20,000 bases of DNA from an uncultured virus (IMG/VR IMGVR_UViG_3300002220_006884) (Duplodnaviria > Heunggongvirae > Uroviricota > Caudoviricetes). The translations under genes were made by a program, and so were the position numbers. The stretch is from IMG/VR virus record IMGVR_UViG_3300002220_006884. One strand, written 5' to 3'. The notes beneath the pieces were generated by a model, which made no database searches, was not told the origin of the DNA, and was given only the letters and a program-made list of their open reading frames with translations. Positions 15,516 through 20,000 of this stretch are shown one piece after another; position 1 is the first letter of the stretch, and every line of letters starts with the position of its first letter.

Positions 15516-16082
15516 TTAAAGGTTATACTTTGTTTTCCAATCAAGAGCTTCTACAGCATGGAAGATTTCTTCTTTAACGGTTGGAGCAAAGTTATTCAAC
15601 ATAAAATTATCAAAAGATCTAACGTGTGGATAATTAATCATTTGAGTAGTAAATAGAGTTCCTTCTGACATAAAATGTTCTGCTTTATTACTATTGGTTA
15701 GAATATCTCTCAAAACGAATTCAGAGACTTTAGCTGTAATTAGGTGAGTGACAAGGTTGTCTGTTTCATGAGAGCATAAGAAGTTAAATTTTTTAATCTG
15801 ATCGTTAGACAGAGCATAACCAGTTTCTTCTTGAAACTCTCTAATAGAGGAAGAGATTAAATCTTCACCTGGTTCAACTTCACCACCGATAAATCCGATT
15901 AATCCATCCCATCGTTGCATCATAAGAACAAGAGGAACAATGGTATCTTTATTTTGTTTGGAAATGCCACTATAATTTCGCCAAACATTGGTTTCAGCAT
16001 AAGCCATGATAAAAGAAGCTTGCTTCTTATTATTAGGATTACTTTTAGGTTCAATGAGTTTAATATTCAAAATGGACTCCAA
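15516..16082 (-). CDS. Nudix hydrolase, NUDT16 (U8 snoRNA-decapping enzyme)-like
   Basis: Nudix box GGEVEPGEDLISSSIREFQEETG preceded by LMMQRWDGLIGF. An alternative TTG start at 16070 follows a GGAG RBS. Confidence 0.85.
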   Translation of the reverse strand: MESILNIKLIEPKSNPNNKKQASFIMAYAETNVWRNYSGISKQNKDTIVPLVLMMQRWDGLIGFIGGEVEPGEDLISSSIREFQEETGYALSNDQIKKFNFLCSHETDNLVTHLITAKVSEFVLRDILTNSNKAEHFMSEGTLFTTQMINYPHVRSFDNFMLNNFAPTVKEEIFHAVEALDWKTKYNL

Positions 16083-16221
16083 TTATTGTCATAAGTAGTT
16101 AGTATACATCAAATATGATAGGTTTGGTAATTAATGTAAGTTTTGTTAGATAATGGTTGTACATTTAGTAAAAATCGGATACAATACGAATCAAGAGTAA
16201 GATATTAACTTTGGAGCATTT

Positions 16222-16572
16222 ATGGAAACCGAAAAAAGTGTAGAAAAAGATTTTGATTTTTTCAAGAAAAACACTGCCATTACTGCAATTAAGAACAAAG
16301 TTCCATTTGTAAAAGATAAAGAATCTAAAAAGTCAAAATCAAGTTCTGCAATTCCCACAGGTTTTTGGGGGATGATGCTGATTGGTATCAGTTTGATTGG
16401 ATTATTCAATCATATTGAATATGCAGGCTGGGTGATGTTTTTTGGAGTATTAAAGCTCGATGATAAAAAAGGTTGGAAGACATTTTTTCTAAGCTTATTG
16501 GGTTTAATTGGATTATCACTTGGGATTGAATATTCTGGCTGGTTACTATTTTTAGCATTTATTGTTGATTAA
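16222..16572 (+). CDS. Small membrane protein with duplicated hydrophobic hairpin
   Basis: 116 aa, GGAG RBS, two LIGLxxxIEYxGW repeats. Confidence 0.8.
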   Translation: METEKSVEKDFDFFKKNTAITAIKNKVPFVKDKESKKSKSSSAIPTGFWGMMLIGISLIGLFNHIEYAGWVMFFGVLKLDDKKGWKTFFLSLLGLIGLSLGIEYSGWLLFLAFIVD

Positions 16573-16591
16573 TATAGATAGAATTTAATAG

Positions 16592-16620
16592 AAAAGGACT
16601 GATGAATCAGTCCTTTTTTT
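16592..16620 (+). terminator. Intrinsic terminator
   Basis: AAAAGGACTGAT-GA-ATCAGTCCTTTTTTT. Confidence 0.85.
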
Positions 16621-16782
16621 ATGGTTTTTTTGAAGATGAATATGGTTATTATGTAGTGATGGAAATTTTTAACCTGGTTTCTTTGGGTTTGCTTTTATTC
16701 ATGTAATTCAAGATTTAGAAAAACTGAAAATTTTGTTTTTTAATTTGGTTATGTTAAAATTATGAATAATTTAGGAAATATA

Positions 16783-17622
16783 ATGGAAAATAAAGAGTTT
16801 GAAAAAGTTGAAGAAAAATTTAATTTCACCAAAAAGTTAGAAAAAGAAATTGATAATAAATTTTTCAATGCTAATTTGAAGAAAAAAGCACAATTTGTTG
16901 CATTCATTACTTTAGGTTGTGTAACAATTGGTTTTAGTATGGGAATTGCTCAATCTTTAGGTTCTGGGTATTTAGTAAATGCAAAGAAAAATGCAAATAT
17001 TGAAGAACTACAGGCTAAAAGTGAAGAAGTAAGAAAAAATAAGCAATTTGAGATTGATTCTAAAAGATTAGAAATTCAAAAAGATGAGCAAGATAAGGAA
17101 AATAAGAAAAAACAAAATGAAGTAGAAAAATTGAATATTCAACAAGAAAAAGCTACTTTTAATTTGTTATTAAAAAATAAAGTAGACATGATAAGCAATT
17201 ACGAATCTCAATTAAATATTTATGACATTCCTTATAAAGAAAGTGTTGCTGCTGTTAAAAATGGATTGTTAGGATTAGATGAATTAAATGAGATAAGAGC
17301 TTTATATCAATCATATAGAGATGACATTCATAAGTATATAAGGTTCGTGAATGAGGCAACATCATCATTTGAATTTTATCATAATTTAACTGATGAAAAT
17401 AAGAATTATTTAAATGAAGAGTTGATTAAATATCAATCAGGTGGACTTAATAGAAATAATGATTTAGAAAATGCTTTACTTGCAAAGATTAGTGGAGAGC
17501 ATAATGATAGTGCAGAAAGAGAAAAAGCTAGGAGAATAGCTAGAGATAAAATGATAGATGATTTAGCAGATGTAATGAAGAATGACAATTCTACAACAAC
17601 AGTTAAAAAACTTAAAAGATAA
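16783..17622 (+). CDS. Membrane-anchored coiled-coil protein
   Basis: ORF track gives 16762-17622; ATG at 16783 follows AGGA. One TM segment (FVAFITLGCVTIGFSMGIA) then a K/E-rich helical region. Confidence 0.8.
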   Translation: MENKEFEKVEEKFNFTKKLEKEIDNKFFNANLKKKAQFVAFITLGCVTIGFSMGIAQSLGSGYLVNAKKNANIEELQAKSEEVRKNKQFEIDSKRLEIQKDEQDKENKKKQNEVEKLNIQQEKATFNLLLKNKVDMISNYESQLNIYDIPYKESVAAVKNGLLGLDELNEIRALYQSYRDDIHKYIRFVNEATSSFEFYHNLTDENKNYLNEELIKYQSGGLNRNNDLENALLAKISGEHNDSAEREKARRIARDKMIDDLADVMKNDNSTTTVKKLKR

Positions 17623-17643
17623 CAATGGATATTACGCAGTTAG

Positions 17644-17674
17644 AAAAAAATAGCCTGGTTTCCACCAGGCTATT
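17644..17674 (-). terminator. Intrinsic terminator between convergent genes
   Basis: AATAGCCTGGT-TTCC-ACCAGGCTATT with an A-run on the left, which is a U-run on the minus strand. Confidence 0.8.
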
Positions 17675-17696
17675 ATATATTTCAATGATTCAGGAT

Positions 17697-18545
17697 TTAA
17701 TCTTTTGAAAGAGAAAATGGTTCATTAAAAACTTCTTCAAATAGAATAATGAATTCTTTGTAGTCTTGATCTTCAGCTTCATCCTCATTGGGTTGATAAT
17801 CTTCCCAACGCCAAGAGAGATAATCTTTCCAAGCTTTATTATCTTCTAGAGAGAATACAAAACCATTTTGGTCAAGTTCTTGTTTAACTTTTAGAATGCC
17901 GATAGAACGATCATTGTAAACAGTGAATTGCCAATCGCTATCAATTAGGAACCTACATGAATAAACATCTAATTCTTCTTTTTCAAAAGATTGAAATAGT
18001 GGATGTGAATACTTTTCAATTTTTTGGTCAGACATTTCATTTAGTAATTGAAAAACATCATCTACATTTAAAGTTGAAATATCTAAAATTTTAGGTTCAT
18101 GAGTGGTTCGGTCATAATATGACATTTTAGAAATCATATTATGATTAAAATATTGACGAAGAAGCTCTTCATTTTCAGAATTGTCTTCCCATCGATTCCA
18201 AATATTATAAAAAGCAAGACTGCCGATATTGCAATAATCTTGAGAAGAGTAAATATGTTTGTTTGGGAAATCTACAACAATAATGCCATATTCTGATGGA
18301 GATTGTGTATTGCAAGGAAAGTAAACTGAAGTCATATTGAGTTCAAATTTGCCCGTATCCTTATTTTTTTCGTAATCAGCTTTCATTTCCAACCATTGTT
18401 CAGAGAATTCTGAATACCAAGTATCAAAATTACCAAGATAGAGATTAATTTGTTTAAAGAAGTATGGCATGATATTAGTCCAACGATCCATGCCAACCTG
18501 TTCACCATTAGGTTTTTTCACAATAATTCCTACATTACCACCCAT
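17697..18545 (-). CDS. Hypothetical protein
   Basis: 282 aa ORF with AAGGAG RBS. Confidence 0.85.
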   Translation of the reverse strand: MGGNVGIIVKKPNGEQVGMDRWTNIMPYFFKQINLYLGNFDTWYSEFSEQWLEMKADYEKNKDTGKFELNMTSVYFPCNTQSPSEYGIIVVDFPNKHIYSSQDYCNIGSLAFYNIWNRWEDNSENEELLRQYFNHNMISKMSYYDRTTHEPKILDISTLNVDDVFQLLNEMSDQKIEKYSHPLFQSFEKEELDVYSCRFLIDSDWQFTVYNDRSIGILKVKQELDQNGFVFSLEDNKAWKDYLSWRWEDYQPNEDEAEDQDYKEFIILFEEVFNEPFSLSKD

Positions 18546-18559
18546 AATATTCTCCTTTT

Positions 18560-18838
18560 TTATTCAAAAGTTTCTTTAGTTAATTGAATGACTGATTCAA
18601 GTGTCTCAAATTGATTAATGTATTTAATTAAATCAACACTTGAAGCCTTTCCATAAGGTTGACTTGAGCGATCTGCTGCCCAACGAGTCCATTTTGAGCG
18701 AAGGATGGCTTCAACTTGTTTGTCATCATAACCAGCATTTCGTAATTTACGAACACAAGCCTCCCAAGAGTTATAACGATTTGCGGAATAAGCATCGCAA
18801 GTTTTTTCAGCAAGTTCTTTGATAGATAAAGTTTGCAT
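18560..18838 (-). CDS. Hypothetical phage protein
   Basis: 92 aa ORF with AAGGA RBS, in an operon with the 17697-18545 gene. Confidence 0.8.
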   Translation of the reverse strand: MQTLSIKELAEKTCDAYSANRYNSWEACVRKLRNAGYDDKQVEAILRSKWTRWAADRSSQPYGKASSVDLIKYINQFETLESVIQLTKETFE

Positions 18839-18993
18839 TACAAATCCTTAATGTAAGTTAATTCTTTTGAAGGTTTTATTGTAGCATAAAAGGGAAGATT
18901 CTTGGTCAAAATAAGAATGAAAAAAGAGAAAAGTTATCATGACAAAAATATTGTGTGTGTTATAATGTGTATATTGAATAACAGGAGTTCAAA

Positions 18994-19275
18994 ATGAAAA
19001 CCTTCCAGAAAAAAGAAATTAGTGAAATTAAGGCTGTTCGTTATGGTTTTGATAAGAAGTCAGAAAACTTCGTCAAATTGTGCATTAAATCTCTAAAAGG
19101 TGAAATCAATGAAGTCCCTGGAGATATGTTGGGAACTCCTAAAAATGCTTTTAATGCTGTTAAAACAAGCAGCGGTTGGTCTGAGATTCAAGTGGGTGAT
19201 TGGATTGTTCAAGATGAAGATAAAATTGTAGTAATTCCCAATGGTGTGTTTGAATTGCTTTTTAAAGAAATTTAA
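18994..19275 (+). CDS. Hypothetical phage protein (GDWIV motif)
   Basis: 93 aa, AGGAG RBS, TGTTATAAT promoter at 18958-18966. Confidence 0.8.
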   Translation: MKTFQKKEISEIKAVRYGFDKKSENFVKLCIKSLKGEINEVPGDMLGTPKNAFNAVKTSSGWSEIQVGDWIVQDEDKIVVIPNGVFELLFKEI

Positions 19276-19326
19276 TAAATAGGCTGTTCCGAAGAAACAA
19301 ATAATTATTAAATAATTTAAAAGTTG

Positions 19327-19355
19327 TTGTACTATAAAAATAAAACCAGTATAAT
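19327..19355 (+). promoter_or_regulatory. Sigma70-like promoter
   Basis: TTGTAC-17nt-TATAAT. Confidence 0.65.
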
Positions 19356-19385
19356 GTATCTATTGAAAACGGTTAGGGGATAAAA

Positions 19386-19517
19386 ATGAAAGCATCTTTT
19401 ATTTTTGTAGCAGCCATTATTTTGATTGGTGTTGTAGCTCAAATGGGAGATTGTTACGAACATAATGGAACAATGGTTCAAGGTATGTTTGGATATGAGT
19501 GTGTTAACAAGAAGTAA
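19386..19517 (+). CDS. Small membrane-anchored protein (43 aa, two Cys)
   Basis: MKASFIFVAAIILIGVVAQMGDCYEHNGTMVQGMFGYECVNKK, with AGGGGA RBS. Below the ORF-track cutoff. Confidence 0.7.
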   Translation: MKASFIFVAAIILIGVVAQMGDCYEHNGTMVQGMFGYECVNKK

Positions 19518-19550
19518 GAATATCTACTTTATTGAAAAAAGGTGAACAAA

Positions 19551-20000
19551 ATGGAATATTGTTTTTATAATGCGATCAAGACTCCTGATGGAACTATTCT
19601 TTGGTGTCAAAGTGGTCATGATTATCAAACTCACAAGGATACAGTTTCTGGTGAAGAATATATGAATGATGGACTTGGTTATATGATTCGTCGTTCAGTA
19701 AATACTGTTCCATACGAAGACTTATCTATTTCCAGCAGTGATCCATTTGAAAAGATTCGCACTGCTAAATTCTGGGGGTCTTACGGAAAGGATGGAAAGA
19801 GTCCAAAGCGTATGATGGCAGTAGAAGAAATGGAAGATAGTCATATCCGAGCAATTCTTGATACACAGAAGCAAATTGCTGGAACTGCGATTGAAAAACT
19901 TTTCCTACAAGAAATTGAGTATCGTGCGAAGCTTTTTGCAGATAAGCTAGATGCAGAACTTCCTAAAACTGGAAAGAAGAAGGTTAAGCCGAAAGCTTAA
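19551..20000 (+). CDS. Hypothetical phage protein (NAIxTPDGT..HDY motif)
   Basis: ORF track gives 19542-20000; ATG at 19551 follows AAGGTG. Confidence 0.8.
   Translation: MEYCFYNAIKTPDGTILWCQSGHDYQTHKDTVSGEEYMNDGLGYMIRRSVNTVPYEDLSISSSDPFEKIRTAKFWGSYGKDGKSPKRMMAVEEMEDSHIRAILDTQKQIAGTAIEKLFLQEIEYRAKLFADKLDAELPKTGKKKVKPKA

Noticed and set aside
14484..16409. ORFs 14484-14714(-), 15096-15305(-) and 16191-16409(-)
   Set aside because: Antisense shadows of the TerD-fusion and membrane-protein genes.
18628..18822. ORFs 18628-18813(-) and 18640-18822(+)
   Set aside because: Alternative frames within 18560-18838, which has the RBS and the operon context.

Overview
Very AT-rich window that looks like the accessory/tRNA region of a large (jumbo-type) phage or phage-like element. 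It has many short orphan ORFs with sigma70-like promoters and intrinsic terminators, and all called genes end in TAA. There are seven tRNA genes: Arg-UCU, Met/Ile2-CAU, Leu-UAA, Val-UAC, an Arg tRNA with a 28-nt hairpin insert in the anticodon loop, an atypical Gly-UCC, and Leu-CAA. A zinc-ribbon PD-(D/E)XK endonuclease lies next to the tRNA cluster. Other recognisable proteins are an R2K-like ATP-grasp protein, a NinX-like protein, a large helical+TerD-domain protein and a NUDT16-like Nudix hydrolase. The most striking content is non-coding. Two tandem copies of a covarying stem-loop motif start at a promoter just upstream of the helical(TROVE-like?)+TerD gene. A promoter-driven, highly structured ORF-less region lies at 11.7-11.95 kb. 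Structured spacers separate the tRNAs, including a tRNA-like cloverleaf and long hairpins that pair with tRNA NCCA ends. Together these suggest, by inference, a phage RNP/RNA-repair or tRNA-protection module. All family assignments come from motif recognition by eye, not from database searches.
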